Assembly: GCA_964571765.1 (NCBI GenBank)
Contig: CAZNDH010000007.1
Span: forward strand, 4,370-68,369
Reading direction: 5' to 3'
From: an uncultured Acidimicrobiaceae bacterium
GTDB taxonomy: Bacteria > Actinomycetota > Acidimicrobiia > Spongiisociales > ZC4RG35
Length of the DNA stretch: 64,000 bases
The notes under the pieces are model-generated. The model saw nothing but the letters and a program-made list of their open reading frames with translations. It was not told the DNA's origin and searched no databases. The translations under genes were made by a program, and so were the position numbers. Below are positions 1 to 9,905 of this stretch, one piece after another (the stretch's first letter is position 1; each line of letters begins with the position of its first letter).

Positions 1-56
1 TCGATGTGCTGGCCAAGCAGGCGGTTCTCTGGCTGGTCGAACTGAGGCAGACGTGA
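1..56 (+). CDS. secE: 3' end of a CDS entering from upstream; position suggests preprotein translocase subunit SecE (partial)
   Basis: Open frame 3..53 (..DVLAKQAVLWLVELRQT) ends at TGA 54-56 and overlaps the nusG GTG (GTGA). The call rests only on the conserved secE-nusG-rplKA order. Confidence 0.4.
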   Translation, partial: DVLAKQAVLWLVELRQT

Positions 57-703
57 CCCACGCCCCCGACCCGGTGCTGGAGAGTGAGGAACTCACCGGG
101 ACCGCCTCCGAAGGGGAGGCGGCGACGGAGACGGTTGAGGCCCCTCGCCCCCCCAGCCCCTACGACCTTCCCGGGGACTGGTACGTCATCCACTCCTACT
201 CCGGGTACGAGAACAAGGTCAAGGCCAACCTGGAGACCCGGATCCAGTCGATGCACATGGAGGACCGGATCTTCGAGGTCCACATCCCCATGGAGGACGT
301 CGTCGAGTTCAAAGGGGGCAAGAAGGTGACCGTCCCCCGCAAGGTGTTCCCCGGATACATCCTGGTGAGGATGACCCTCGACGACGACTCTTGGTACGCA
401 GTGCGCAACACCCCCGGGGTCACCGGGTTCGTCGCCGGCAATGCGCAGAAGCCGACCCCGCTCTCCCGACGCGAGGTGGAGCGCTTCCTCGGGGTTCAGG
501 AAGAAGAGGAGAAGGCCAAGCCCCGCTTCAAGCCGGAGTGGGAAGTTGGCGAGCAGGTGCGGGTGGTCACCGGTCCCTTCGCCGACTTCAACGGGATCAT
601 CGAGGAGATCAACATCGACCAGCAGAAGGTCGTGGTGTTGGTCAACATCTTCGGCCGTGACACCCCCGTCGAGCTCGGCTTCGAGGACATACAGAAGAAC
701 TGA
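53..703 (+). CDS. nusG: transcription termination/antitermination factor NusG
   Basis: 216-aa ORF with NGN domain and KOW motif (GEQVRVVTGPFADFNGIIEEI). Acidic N-terminal extension as in actinobacterial NusG. Sits upstream of rplK. Confidence 0.95.
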   Translation: MTHAPDPVLESEELTGTASEGEAATETVEAPRPPSPYDLPGDWYVIHSYSGYENKVKANLETRIQSMHMEDRIFEVHIPMEDVVEFKGGKKVTVPRKVFPGYILVRMTLDDDSWYAVRNTPGVTGFVAGNAQKPTPLSRREVERFLGVQEEEEKAKPRFKPEWEVGEQVRVVTGPFADFNGIIEEINIDQQKVVVLVNIFGRDTPVELGFEDIQKN

Positions 704-713
704 CAGGTAGGAA

Positions 714-1142
714 ATGGCCAGAAAGAGACTCGTCACCACCCTGAAGATCCAACTCCCTGCGGGCCAGGCCACCCCTGCTCCGCCGGTGGGCACCGTTCTC
801 GGTCCTCATGGGGTCAACCTCATGGACTTCGTCAAGGCGTACAACGACGCAACCGCAGGTCAGCGGGGCCAGATCATCCCGGTCGAGGTCTCCATCTACG
901 AGGACCGCTCGTTCACCTTCGTCACCAAGACGCCTCCTGCAGCCGCCCTGCTCCGGCAGGCAGCCCGGGTAGATAAGGGCTCGGGTGAGCCCAACAAGGT
1001 CATGGTGGGGACCGTCACCCGCGCCCAGGTGCGGGAGATCGCCGAGACCAAGATGGTCGACCTCAACGCCAACGACGTCGAGGGTGCCATGAAAGTGATC
1101 GAAGGCACCGCCCGGTCGATGGGAATAACGGTCGCTGACTAG
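714..1142 (+). CDS. rplK: 50S ribosomal protein L11
   Basis: 142 aa. [30 protein letters not shown] is the L11 signature region. Confidence 0.97.
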   Translation: MARKRLVTTLKIQLPAGQATPAPPVGTVLGPHGVNLMDFVKAYNDATAGQRGQIIPVEVSIYEDRSFTFVTKTPPAAALLRQAARVDKGSGEPNKVMVGTVTRAQVREIAETKMVDLNANDVEGAMKVIEGTARSMGITVAD

Positions 1143-1154
1143 TCGACAGCCGCT

Positions 1155-1182
1155 GTACTTGGTTCTGAGTACTTGGTACTGA
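1155..1182 (+). repeat. tandem 14-mer (two heptad pairs) GTACTTGGTTCTGA / GTACTTGGTACTGA in the rplK-rplA spacer
   Basis: Direct repeat with 1 mismatch, followed by the complementary CCAAGTA at 1187-1193. Confidence 0.7.
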
Positions 1183-1282
1183 GAGTCCAAGTAACGGTCA
1201 CCGAATAGGGAGGACGGGTCGCCGAAAGGCGGCCACGGTGGGAGGCCCGAATCGGGCCGCCTGGACCACAAGGAGAAAACCA

Positions 1283-1996
1283 ATGGCGCACGGAAAGAAG
1301 TACCGGGAGTCGGCCTCGAGGTACGACAAGGCCACCCCCTACCCAGCCTCGGAAGCCCTGGGGCTGGTCAAGACCCTGGCTTCGGCCAACTTCGACGAGA
1401 CCGTGGAGGCGGTGTTCAGCCTGGGCATCGACCCCCGCAAGGCCGATCAGCTGGTCCGAGGGACGGTGGCCCTGCCCCATGGGACCGGCAAGACGGTGCG
1501 GGTCGCGGTGTTCTGCCCCCCCGACAAGGAGAAGGAGGCCACCGAGGCCGGCGCCGATGTGGTCGGGGGCAGCGAGCTGGTCGAGGCGATCCAGGGAGGT
1601 CGTGAGCTCGACTTCGACGTGGCAGTCGCCACCCCCGACATGATGGCCGAGGTGGGCAAGTTGGGTCGGGTGCTCGGGCCCCGCGGCCTCATGCCCAATC
1701 CCAAGGCGGGAACGGTCACGTCGGACGTGGGCAAGGCGGTGACCGAGTTCAAGGGTGGGCGCATCGAGTACCGCAACGACCGCTACGGGAACGTCCATGT
1801 TCCCGTGGGGAAGGTGTCGTTCGACATCGACCAGCTCGTGGGAAACCTTGCCTCTCTCACTGCCGAGTTGATCAGGGCCAAGCCGGCGGCGGCCAAGGGG
1901 CGTTACCTGAAGGGGATGACGCTGTCCTCGACGATGGGCCCGGGGGTCAAGGTCGACGTGGGCCACATCGACGAGCTCACCGAACTGGCTTCGTGA
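1283..1996 (+). CDS. rplA: 50S ribosomal protein L1
   Basis: ORF 1238.. trimmed to ATG 1283 (MAHGKKYRE), preceded by AAGGAG at 1270-1275. [18 protein letters not shown] is typical of L1. Confidence 0.95.
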   Translation: MAHGKKYRESASRYDKATPYPASEALGLVKTLASANFDETVEAVFSLGIDPRKADQLVRGTVALPHGTGKTVRVAVFCPPDKEKEATEAGADVVGGSELVEAIQGGRELDFDVAVATPDMMAEVGKLGRVLGPRGLMPNPKAGTVTSDVGKAVTEFKGGRIEYRNDRYGNVHVPVGKVSFDIDQLVGNLASLTAELIRAKPAAAKGRYLKGMTLSSTMGPGVKVDVGHIDELTELAS

Positions 1997-2032
1997 CCCT
2001 CCTGCCTTCTTGAGGGGCCGCGTCGAATCCAA

Positions 2033-2062
2033 GAGAAAGCCCCCAAGACCGGGGGCTTTCTC
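2033..2062 (+). terminator. intrinsic terminator-like hairpin after rplA
   Basis: Perfect 12-bp stem GAGAAAGCCCCC / GGGGGCTTTCTC with 6-nt loop, 37 nt after the rplA stop. The 3' arm is T-rich. Confidence 0.7.
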
Positions 2063-2381
2063 GTTGAGCGAGGGGGTTTCCGCTCCACAGACGCACCGTG
2101 GGTTGGGAGGGCATTCGGTTGCCAGGTCCACCGTCCGCACGTAACCGACATTCTCTCTGTGGACCAGGGTAGGGGCTGGTCGCAGTCTGTCGGCCCGCGG
2201 CCCTCACATCTCGGGTCCGTGATTCGGGCGGGGGCGGTCAGGTATCCCGCCGGCAGGCGGAAACCCCCAATTGTCAACGGTGCCAGTGTCGCGCGCACCG
2301 GCCCTCCTGTCCAGGGAAATCCTGGAAACCACCTGCTCAGAAAGGCGGGAATTGGGATCAAGCCGATGAGCAGAGACGATT

Positions 2382-2409
2382 CTGACAAGGGCAGCGCCCT
2401 GGTTAGAAT
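2382..2409 (+). promoter_or_regulatory. sigma-70-type promoter for rplJL
   Basis: CTGACA (2382-2387), 16-nt spacer, TAGAAT (2404-2409). About 140 nt upstream of rplJ. Confidence 0.5.
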
Positions 2410-2415
2410 CGCCGA

Positions 2416-2549
2416 TGCAACTCCAATCACTCGACCGAAGACCGCCGGCGTCCCCGGGACCGAAGGGGCCATCAGCCCGCCAGCGCAGGTTGCTTCCGAG
2501 CCCCCTTGTCTTCGCCGAGGGGGTTACTGATTTCTAGGGAGAGGCGTTC
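2416..2549 (+). promoter_or_regulatory. structured rplJ 5' leader (candidate L10(L12)4 autoregulatory leader)
   Basis: About 134-nt untranslated leader downstream of the putative promoter, with GC hairpins (e.g. CCCCCT..AGGGGG at 2501-2523). Assigned by position and known L10-leader biology, not by a covariance model. Confidence 0.4.
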
Positions 2550-3155
2550 ATGCCAAGACCGGAAAAGGTCCAAGCTGTAAGTGACATCAAGGAAGCGTTG
2601 GAGGGCGCAGAGGCGGTGTTCCTCACCGAGTACCGGGGGCTCTCGGTCAAGGCGGTCCAGGAGCTTCGTCGAGCACTGAGGGACAGCGGAGCCGAGTACA
2701 AGGTGGTCAAGATGACCCTGGCAAAGCTGGCCGCCGGCGACGCCGGGATCGATGGTCTCGACGACTATCTCGCCGGGCCCACCGCCTTGGCTTTCGCCCA
2801 CCGGGATCCGGTGGCTACCGCCAAGGCACTCAGGGACTTCTCCAGGACCAACGATGTCCTGGTGCTCAAGGCCGGGTACCTGTCGGGGAACATCCTCACA
2901 CCCGAGGAGGTCTCCCGTCTCGCCGACATCGAGCCCCGCGAGGTGCTGCTCGCCAGGATTGCCGGGGCGGCCAAGGCCCCACTGGTAAAGGGCGCCGGGT
3001 TCCTTGCCTCGTTCACCCGCGATGCAGCATCGTTGTTCAGTCAGCTTCTGGAAAAGAAAGACCCGGGTGACCTGACCCGGGGTGCGGTCGAGGAGGCCGC
3101 CACCCCCGTCGAAGAGCCCGCCGAGACCCCGGCCGGAGCGGCCGAGGAGGAGTAA
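2550..3155 (+). CDS. rplJ: 50S ribosomal protein L10
   Basis: 201 aa. N-terminus MPRPEKVQAVSDIKEAL..AVFLTEYRGLSV is typical of L10. SD GGGAGAGG lies upstream. Confidence 0.95.
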   Translation: MPRPEKVQAVSDIKEALEGAEAVFLTEYRGLSVKAVQELRRALRDSGAEYKVVKMTLAKLAAGDAGIDGLDDYLAGPTALAFAHRDPVATAKALRDFSRTNDVLVLKAGYLSGNILTPEEVSRLADIEPREVLLARIAGAAKAPLVKGAGFLASFTRDAASLFSQLLEKKDPGDLTRGAVEEAATPVEEPAETPAGAAEEE

Positions 3156-3158
3156 GCA

Positions 3159-3551
3159 ATGGCCAAGAACAAGACAGAGGAACTGCTCTCCGTGTTCGAG
3201 GAGATGACCGTCCTCGAGCTCAAAGAATTCCTTGATGCGTTCGAAGAGAAGTTCGACGTGACCGCGGCGGCCCCGATGGCGGTGGCTGCCATGCCAGCCG
3301 CCGGAGGTGGGGACGCCGGAGCACCGGCGGCCGAGGAGAAGGACGAGTTCGACGTGGTCCTCACCGGCGCCGGATCGCAGAAGATCCAGGTGATCAAGGA
3401 GGTCCGCGGGCTCACCAGCCTGGGGCTCAAGGAGGCCAAGGACCTGGTCGACGGGGCCCCTGCCAACGTGCTGGAGGCTGTCGACCAGGAGACCGCCCAG
3501 AAGGCGAAGGAGACCCTGGAGGCCGCCGGCGCCACCGTCGAGCTGAAGTAG
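3159..3551 (+). CDS. rplL: 50S ribosomal protein L7/L12
   Basis: 130 aa with Ala/Gly hinge and C-terminal domain [27 protein letters not shown]. Confidence 0.97.
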   Translation: MAKNKTEELLSVFEEMTVLELKEFLDAFEEKFDVTAAAPMAVAAMPAAGGGDAGAPAAEEKDEFDVVLTGAGSQKIQVIKEVRGLTSLGLKEAKDLVDGAPANVLEAVDQETAQKAKETLEAAGATVELK

Positions 3552-3653
3552 GGCCATCCCTCCCTCCTGCGTTCGCTCCAGGAGGCGGTGAGCGGTTCGC
3601 CACCCTCATCGCCTTCAGCCGGTACTGCGACTTTCGGCTGACGGACTGCCGGC

Positions 3654-6191
3654 CTATGAGAAGTACTCGGTGACCAGCGGGGTTTCCCGCCGGCGGAGCC
3701 GTACGTTGGTCTCCAGCTTCTCCAGGTTCTGCTCCACCGACCGGGCCGCCTCGGGTATCGGATGCTCGGAGAGGAATGCCTTGACATCAGCGGCGACCTC
3801 GGGCTGGGAGAGCGCCGAGATGCCTTCGACTACCCGGGTGCGGGTCATCCCCGGCATCACCTCGAGGACCCGGTCCCAACGGGATGCCGCGCTGGCCCAC
3901 ACCGCAGGTCCTGCCTTGCCCATCAGCAGCCTGGCGAACACCCAGAAGCCGTCCTGGGTCTTGATGTCGCCATCGACGACCTTGTCCATGGTGGACACCG
4001 CCAGTTCCTCGACCGGAACCCCTGCCACCGACCTGAGGTATCGGACCTGATCGAGCGGGGTCCTTGCCTGCCGATAGGTCTCCCATAGGAGCTGGTAGCC
4101 GTCATGGTCGGCGAACCTGGCGAACACGGTGAGGGCTGCGGTTGCCACCTCGGGGTCTGGTGACCCCCCGGCGATCAGGTCTTCGACCAGTGCTCGGCAA
4201 CGGGCGATCACCTCGGGCTCCTGACCGAGGACACCGAGGCCGCCGATCACATCGCCACGGAGCTTTCGTTCCAGGTCGCTGTCTTCCGGTCTTGGCTCCC
4301 AGCCGAGACGTTGCAGGGTCGGGCCGAGCAGTGACCGGACGAAGTCCTGGAAGGCGGGTCGGACTGCCTCCTCGAGGGTGTGATGCTCGACGGTCCCCAG
4401 GCCGGCGATTATCACCGACCATATGGCGTGCTCCTGCTCATCGGTGAAGGTGGAGATCAAGTCGAGGAAGCTGGATGCTTCGGCCTGGCCACTCCTGACA
4501 AAGGCCAGGGTGTCGGACACCAGGGTGTATCGCTCGATGTCGTCGAGATCGCCGATGTGGTCCAACAGACGAGCGAAGAGGTCGTCGGAGTAGCTGGTCC
4601 GGTAGAAGCCGTAGCCACCGCCATTGCCGACCACCCAGTCGAGACCGTCCACGGGGACCACGATCTCATCATCCTCGAGAAGCACCTTGCTGGTGAAGGT
4701 CTCCCCGTTGGACGACCCACCGAGCTGAATGGGGACCTTCCAGATGGTGGTGTCGGTCTCGTCGGGGATGACCAGGTAGCGGCGTTGTGAGAGGCGGATG
4801 CCATCGTCGGACGCCCTGATCTCGATTTGGGGGAAGCCACGCTGGTACACCCAGGTGTTCATGACCTCGCTGACCGGCCAGTCCGAGGCACTGTCGAGAC
4901 CCTCCCAGAGATCACCTGTCACGGTGTTGGCGTAGGCGTGCCTGCGGAGGTAGTTGCCGACACCCCTACGGAAGCTCTCCACCCCGATGAACTCGTCGAT
5001 CATGTGCAGGACGGCCGAGCCCTTCCCGTAAGTGATCGAGTCGAACATCTGGTCGACTTCCTCGGGGGCGTTGACCTCGAACTCGATGGGCCGGGTGCTT
5101 GCCAGCTGATCGGTGCCCATCGCCCAGGGGACCTCGAGGTTGGCGAAGGCGAGCCAGCGCTTCCACTCCGGACGCATGGCGTCGGTGGCCTTCAACTCCA
5201 TGAACGAGGCGAATGCCTCATTGAGCCAGGCACCTTCCCACCAGGCCATGGTCACCAGGTTGCCGAACCACTGATGAGCCACTTCGTGCCCGATGACGTC
5301 GAGGCTGTTCTGCAATTCCGCCTGGCTGGCCTTGTCCTTGTCGATCACCAGGTAGGCGTCCCGGTATGTGATCAACCCCACGTTCTCCATGGCTCCGGCT
5401 GCGAAATCGGGGATGGCTATGTGGTCCAGCTTGTCGCCCGGGTACGGGATTCCGTAGTAGTCGGACAGGTACTCGAAGCAGAACACCGCGTTCTGCAATG
5501 CGACCTCCGTGAGGTGGAGGTTGCCCCTGGGGACGATGATCCGGATCGGAGTCCCCCGCGACACGATGGGCTCGGTGGCCTCGAAGGGTCCAGCTATGAA
5601 GGCCAGGAGGTAAGTCGACATCTTCATGGTCTCGGCGAAGCGGAACTCGACCTTGCCGTCGCGGGGCAACCGCTCCACCTCCCTGGCATTGGAGTAGGCC
5701 TCGACCCCCTGGGGAACGATCATGGTCGTCTTGAATGTCGCCTTGAAGTCGGGCTCGTCCCAGCAGGGGAAGATGCGACGGGCATCGGTGGACTGGCACT
5801 GGGAGGTGGCGATGGTGTGTTCTCCACCTTCAGAGTCCTTGAAAGAGGACCGGTAGAGACCCTTGAGCTGGTCGTTGATCTCACCGGTGTAGTCGATGAC
5901 GAGGCGGTAGCTCCCCGGCCCGATCGCCGACTCCAGGTCCAGGGTGGCTCGCTGGTTTTTCTCGTCGTAGGAGATACCGGATAGGGCGAACCGCTCGTCC
6001 TCGGAGTTGAGGAAGGCCTCTTTGATGTCGATGGCCGCGGTGTTGAGGACGATGGCGGAAGTAGCGGACTCCACCCTGATGTCGATGCCCACCTCGCCGG
6101 AGAAGGTGAAGGTCTCCAGGTCGAGGTCGAGGGTGATGTCGTAGTGGTCGGGGATGACGTTGCGGGGCAAGCGGAACGAGCTATCGGACAA
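3654..6191 (-). CDS. pepN: M1-family aminopeptidase N
   Basis: GAMEN exopeptidase motif and HEVAHQWFGN zinc motif. The track ORF start 6326 would overlap serB. I prefer TTG 6191 (..LSDSSFRLPRNVIPDHYD) with GAGAGG 9 nt upstream. Start is uncertain. Confidence 0.88.
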   Translation of the reverse strand: MSDSSFRLPRNVIPDHYDITLDLDLETFTFSGEVGIDIRVESATSAIVLNTAAIDIKEAFLNSEDERFALSGISYDEKNQRATLDLESAIGPGSYRLVIDYTGEINDQLKGLYRSSFKDSEGGEHTIATSQCQSTDARRIFPCWDEPDFKATFKTTMIVPQGVEAYSNAREVERLPRDGKVEFRFAETMKMSTYLLAFIAGPFEATEPIVSRGTPIRIIVPRGNLHLTEVALQNAVFCFEYLSDYYGIPYPGDKLDHIAIPDFAAGAMENVGLITYRDAYLVIDKDKASQAELQNSLDVIGHEVAHQWFGNLVTMAWWEGAWLNEAFASFMELKATDAMRPEWKRWLAFANLEVPWAMGTDQLASTRPIEFEVNAPEEVDQMFDSITYGKGSAVLHMIDEFIGVESFRRGVGNYLRRHAYANTVTGDLWEGLDSASDWPVSEVMNTWVYQRGFPQIEIRASDDGIRLSQRRYLVIPDETDTTIWKVPIQLGGSSNGETFTSKVLLEDDEIVVPVDGLDWVVGNGGGYGFYRTSYSDDLFARLLDHIGDLDDIERYTLVSDTLAFVRSGQAEASSFLDLISTFTDEQEHAIWSVIIAGLGTVEHHTLEEAVRPAFQDFVRSLLGPTLQRLGWEPRPEDSDLERKLRGDVIGGLGVLGQEPEVIARCRALVEDLIAGGSPDPEVATAALTVFARFADHDGYQLLWETYRQARTPLDQVRYLRSVAGVPVEELAVSTMDKVVDGDIKTQDGFWVFARLLMGKAGPAVWASAASRWDRVLEVMPGMTRTRVVEGISALSQPEVAADVKAFLSEHPIPEAARSVEQNLEKLETNVRLRRRETPLVTEYFS

Positions 6192-6225
6192 GATGGAAAG
6201 CCTCTCGGTAGCGGTGCCTGAGGCA

Positions 6226-6231
6226 ATGGTA
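6226..6231 (-). promoter_or_regulatory. -10-like box for pepN (short leadered transcript)
   Basis: TACCAT on the minus strand. It would give a ~28-nt leader containing GAGAGG before TTG 6191. Confidence 0.35.
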
Positions 6232-6278
6232 CCGGGGCGCCCTCCGTGGAGAAAGCGGGTCCGCCGACTGGTGGGATT

Positions 6279-6284
6279 TACCCT
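6279..6284 (+). promoter_or_regulatory. -10 box, leaderless serB
   Basis: TACCCT, 8 nt before ATG 6293. No SD. Confidence 0.5.
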
Positions 6285-6292
6285 GCAACACG

Positions 6293-7522
6293 ATGAGCGA
6301 AGAGCGCAAGACAGTGTTGGTGTCACTCCATGGGGGAGACCACCCCGGGATCTCGGCGGGGCTGATGGCCATCCTCGCCGACGGCGGAGCCGAGATCTAC
6401 GACGTGGAACAGATAGTGGTCCGCCGTCGGCTCACCTTGAACGTGCTGATCGGACTGGTCGCTGAGCAGACCACCATCCGCGACCTGCTCTTCTTCGCCT
6501 GGGAGCAAGGGCTACATGTGGAATTCGAGGAGGTCGAGCCGATACCCACACCGATCAAGAGGATGTCGGTGGTGACACTCATTGGTTCGCGGGTGGGTCC
6601 GGAGGAGTTTGGTGCGGTGGCCGCCGCAGTTGCCCGCGGGGGGGCAAACATCGAACGCATCTACCGCCTCTCCCGTTATCCGGTGGTCAGCTACGAGCTG
6701 GCGATATCTGATGGGGACATCGAGTTGATAACCACCGAGCTGGGCGCTTTCGCCGCCAACAGCCCGGTCGACGTCGCCATCCAGCCCGACGGGCTGGGAA
6801 GGCGGGCAAAGCGGATGGTGGTCATGGACGTCGATTCCACCCTGATTCAGGAGGAGGTGATCAACCTCCTCGCCCGTGAGGCCGGGGTCGAGGACAAGGT
6901 GGCCGAGATCACCGCGGCTGCCATGGCGGGAGAAATCGACTTCGAGCAGTCGCTCCGGGAGCGGGTCTCCCTGCTCGCCGGTCTCGAACAGGACGCCCTG
7001 TGGCGGGTGGCGGCCAACATCACCCTCACCCCCGGCGCCCGCACCTTCATTCGCACCCTGCAGCGACTGGGTATCAAGACCGCCATCGTCTCAGCCGGGT
7101 TCACCAGGTTCACCAGCGCCCTGGCCGATCAGTTGGGCATCGACTACTCCTTGTCCAACACCCTGGACATCAAGGAAGGGGTGCTCACCGGGGGGCTGGT
7201 CGGGGAGATGGTCGACGCCGCTCGCAAGGCGAGGTTCCTCGAGGAGATCGCCGCCGCCGAGGGGATTCCCCTCGACCAGGTGGTGGCCATCGGTGACGGC
7301 GCCAACGACCTGGAGATGCTCAAGGCCGCCGGTCTGGGGATCGCCTTCAACGCCAAGCCGATCCTCACCGAGGCCGTGGAGACCTCGCTGACCGTCCCAT
7401 TCCTCGACGCCATCTTGTTCTTGCTGGGGATCCAGAGGGAACACGTCGAAGCGGCCGATGCTCTCGACCCCGGGTTCGATCAACCACCGCTCATGGAGAT
7501 CAGCGAACTGCCACCCGTCTAG
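6293..7522 (+). CDS. serB: phosphoserine phosphatase SerB with N-terminal ACT domains (mycobacterial SerB2-like)
   Basis: 409 aa. HAD motifs DVDSTLI and GDGANDL. About 180 aa of N-terminal ACT-like repeats. Confidence 0.9.
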   Translation: MSEERKTVLVSLHGGDHPGISAGLMAILADGGAEIYDVEQIVVRRRLTLNVLIGLVAEQTTIRDLLFFAWEQGLHVEFEEVEPIPTPIKRMSVVTLIGSRVGPEEFGAVAAAVARGGANIERIYRLSRYPVVSYELAISDGDIELITTELGAFAANSPVDVAIQPDGLGRRAKRMVVMDVDSTLIQEEVINLLAREAGVEDKVAEITAAAMAGEIDFEQSLRERVSLLAGLEQDALWRVAANITLTPGARTFIRTLQRLGIKTAIVSAGFTRFTSALADQLGIDYSLSNTLDIKEGVLTGGLVGEMVDAARKARFLEEIAAAEGIPLDQVVAIGDGANDLEMLKAAGLGIAFNAKPILTEAVETSLTVPFLDAILFLLGIQREHVEAADALDPGFDQPPLMEISELPPV

Positions 7523-7691
7523 CAGCGGCTCCGTCCTGCGTGTCCCCCGAAGGCAACAGGGCCGAGCAAAGCGAGGCGTGGTGCAGGTCGGGGTATCAGC
7601 CACAGGTCGCAAGCGCTCCTGTGGGACACCGCGGCCCAAGCCGTTCCAGTCAGGTCAAGCCGCCTACAGAGTCCGGATTGGAACCCGGACG

Positions 7692-9110
7692 TCAGGCCGG
7701 GTTCCAGTCATGGTGGTACCAGGTACCGCGGGTGCTGTCGGTGCGCTCGAAGGTGTGGGCCCCGAAGTAGTCACGTTGAGCTTGGATCAGGTTGGCGGGA
7801 AGCCGTGCCGAGCGCATTCCGTCGAAGTAGGCCAGGGCGCTCGAGTATGCAGGGACAGGGATCCCGGCCCGGACCGCACCCGCCACCACTCGTCGCCAGG
7901 GTCCCTCCGCGGAGCGAAGGGCGTCGGTGAAGAACGGAGCCAGGGTGAGGTCGGCCAACCCGGGGTCGTTCCGGTAGGCGGCGGTTATGTCCTCGAGAAA
8001 GTCGGCACGTATGATGCATCCCGCCCGCCACAGCGAGGCCACGGCTCCGGGGTCGATGTCCCAGCCGTACTCGGTGGATGCCGCAGCCATCAACCGGAAT
8101 CCTTGGGCGTAGCTGATGATCTTCGAGGCGTAGAGGGCGGTCTCGATGTCGTCGAGGGTGGCCCCCTCGACGTCGGCCAGCGGGGTGTCATACACCCCGG
8201 AGAGCTTCTGGCGGCGATCGGGGTCGGAGGAGACGATGCGGGCGTACACCGCTTCGGCGACCAATGCGGTCGGTTCGCCGAGGTCCATCGAGGCGATCAC
8301 CGTCCACTTGCCGGTGCCTTTCTGACCGGCGGCGTCGAGTATGAGGTCGACCAGGGGTGCTCCCTCATCGGTGGTGTGGAGGATGTCGGCGGTGATCTCC
8401 ACCAGGTAGGAGCGCAGCCTCCCCTGGTTCCACCGGGCGAAGACGTCGCCGATCTCCGCCGGCGACATCCCCAGCCCGCGGCGCATCAGATCGTAGGCCT
8501 CGGCGATCACCTGCATGTCGCCGTACTCGATGCCGTTGTGGACCATCTTGACGAAATGTCCGGCCCCCTCGGGACCCACCCAGTTGCAGCAAGCCTCGCC
8601 GTCGGGGGCGACCGCGGCGATCGATTTGAGCATGGCGTCGACCACGGGCCAGGCGGCGGCGTCGCCGCCCAGCATCAGGGAGGGGCCGTGGCGAGCGCCC
8701 TCCTCGCCACCGGAGATGCCCACCCCCAGGAGTTTGATGCCATGTTCGGCGAGGGCGCGGTGCCGGCGGTTGGTGTCGGTGTACAGCGAGTTGCCACCGT
8801 CGATGATCACGTCCCCCGGTTCGAGCAGGGGTACCAGCTCGTCGATCACCGCGTCCACCGGGGCACCCGCCTTGACCATGAGCAGTACCACCCGGGGAGT
8901 ACCCAGCGCCTCCACCATGTCCTCGAGGGTGGTCACCCCCCTGATCTCTTTGGATCCGGCTTCGCCGCCGACGAACTCGTCGGTCACCGACGTGGTCCGG
9001 TTGTAGACCACGACCCTATGACCCGAGTCGGCCAGGTTGAGAGCCAGGTTGGCTCCCATGACCGCCAGCCCGACGACACCGATGTCTCCTCTGGGTTCAG
9101 GTTCGCTCAC
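7692..9110 (-). CDS. gnd: 6-phosphogluconate dehydrogenase (decarboxylating)
   Basis: 472 aa. Rossmann motif GVVGLAVMGANLALNL and a full-length 6PGD C-terminal domain. Confidence 0.95.
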   Translation of the reverse strand: MSEPEPRGDIGVVGLAVMGANLALNLADSGHRVVVYNRTTSVTDEFVGGEAGSKEIRGVTTLEDMVEALGTPRVVLLMVKAGAPVDAVIDELVPLLEPGDVIIDGGNSLYTDTNRRHRALAEHGIKLLGVGISGGEEGARHGPSLMLGGDAAAWPVVDAMLKSIAAVAPDGEACCNWVGPEGAGHFVKMVHNGIEYGDMQVIAEAYDLMRRGLGMSPAEIGDVFARWNQGRLRSYLVEITADILHTTDEGAPLVDLILDAAGQKGTGKWTVIASMDLGEPTALVAEAVYARIVSSDPDRRQKLSGVYDTPLADVEGATLDDIETALYASKIISYAQGFRLMAAASTEYGWDIDPGAVASLWRAGCIIRADFLEDITAAYRNDPGLADLTLAPFFTDALRSAEGPWRRVVAGAVRAGIPVPAYSSALAYFDGMRSARLPANLIQAQRDYFGAHTFERTDSTRGTWYHHDWNPA

Positions 9111-9117
9111 CCGCCGG

Positions 9118-9123
9118 AGGGTA
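9118..9123 (-). promoter_or_regulatory. -10 box, leaderless gnd
   Basis: TACCCT (minus strand), 7 nt before GTG 9110. No SD. Confidence 0.55.
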
Positions 9124-9144
9124 TTACCTCTATCAGGCCGCGCT

Positions 9145-9150
9145 TACCCT
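9145..9150 (+). promoter_or_regulatory. -10 box, leaderless ppgK
   Basis: TACCCT, 8 nt before GTG 9159. The whole divergent spacer is only 48 bp. Confidence 0.55.
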
Positions 9151-9158
9151 GAGGCCGG

Positions 9159-9905
9159 GTGAGCTCCAGATATGCGCTCGGCATCGATATCGGCGGCACC
9201 GGTACCAAGGGGGCCCTGGTCGATCTCGACCTGGGTGACCTGGCAGGTGAGCGTCACCGTGTCCTCACCCCCGATCCGGCCACACCGGAGGCGGTGGCGG
9301 CCGCAGTTGCCGGCCTGGTCTTGGAGCTGGACCACCCCGGCGCCCTGGGCATCGGGTTCCCGTCAGTGGTTGCTGACGGGATTGTCCTCACCGCCAACAA
9401 CATCGACCGCTCGTGGATCGGGGTCGACGCAGTGGCTCTCTTCGAGAAGGCCACCGGCCGCCGGGTGCGGATGGTCAACGATGCCGACGCGGTTGCCCTG
9501 TGCGAGGCGCGGTACGGAGCCGCCCGCGGGGTGGGGGGTGTGGTGCTGGTGGTCACCTTCGGGACTGGGATCGGCGGCGCCCTGCTCAACGATGGGCGGC
9601 TGGTGCCCAACCTCCAGATCGGCGACATCGAACTCGACGGGCATACCCCATGCGAGAAGCATTTCGCCGCCGCCGCCAAGGAGCAAGAGGGGCTCGACTG
9701 GAAGGAGTGGGCGGGGCGGGCCGACCGGTTCCTCTCCCACGTGGCCAGGGTCTTCTCTCCCAAGCTGATCGTGGTCGGAGGGGGGATCGTCAAGCGGTGG
9801 GACAAGTGGGGCGGGTTCCTCTCCCCACAACTCCCGGTGATCCCGGCGGCGCGGATCAACAACGCCGGGATAGTCGGCGCCGCCACCCTGATCGACTCGG
9901 GTTAG
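9159..9905 (+). CDS. ppgK: ROK-family polyphosphate/ATP glucokinase
   Basis: 248 aa. [18 protein letters not shown]-binding motif of ROK/PpgK kinases. GTG start. Confidence 0.85.
   Translation: MSSRYALGIDIGGTGTKGALVDLDLGDLAGERHRVLTPDPATPEAVAAAVAGLVLELDHPGALGIGFPSVVADGIVLTANNIDRSWIGVDAVALFEKATGRRVRMVNDADAVALCEARYGAARGVGGVVLVVTFGTGIGGALLNDGRLVPNLQIGDIELDGHTPCEKHFAAAAKEQEGLDWKEWAGRADRFLSHVARVFSPKLIVVGGGIVKRWDKWGGFLSPQLPVIPAARINNAGIVGAATLIDSG

Noticed and set aside
1139-2140. Long antisense or out-of-frame ORFs throughout the six-frame track (e.g. 1139-2140-, 2472-3557-, 4827-5984+, 7458-9152+, 23392-24867-, 27495-28403-, 29330-30277-, 31627-32799+, 35136-36224-, 41163-42038-, 61403-62884-)
   Set aside because: Each lies opposite or out of frame with a gene that has clear family motifs. 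Their products are Arg/Gly/Pro-rich with no recognisable domains. Stop-codon depletion in high-GC DNA explains their length.
3563-3640. Terminator hairpins between rplL and pepN (CCTCCTG/CAGGAGG at 3563-3585; CAGCCG/CGGCTG at 3617-3640)
   Set aside because: The stems are only 6-7 bp with no U-tract, and there are several alternatives. This is too weak to call a specific terminator.
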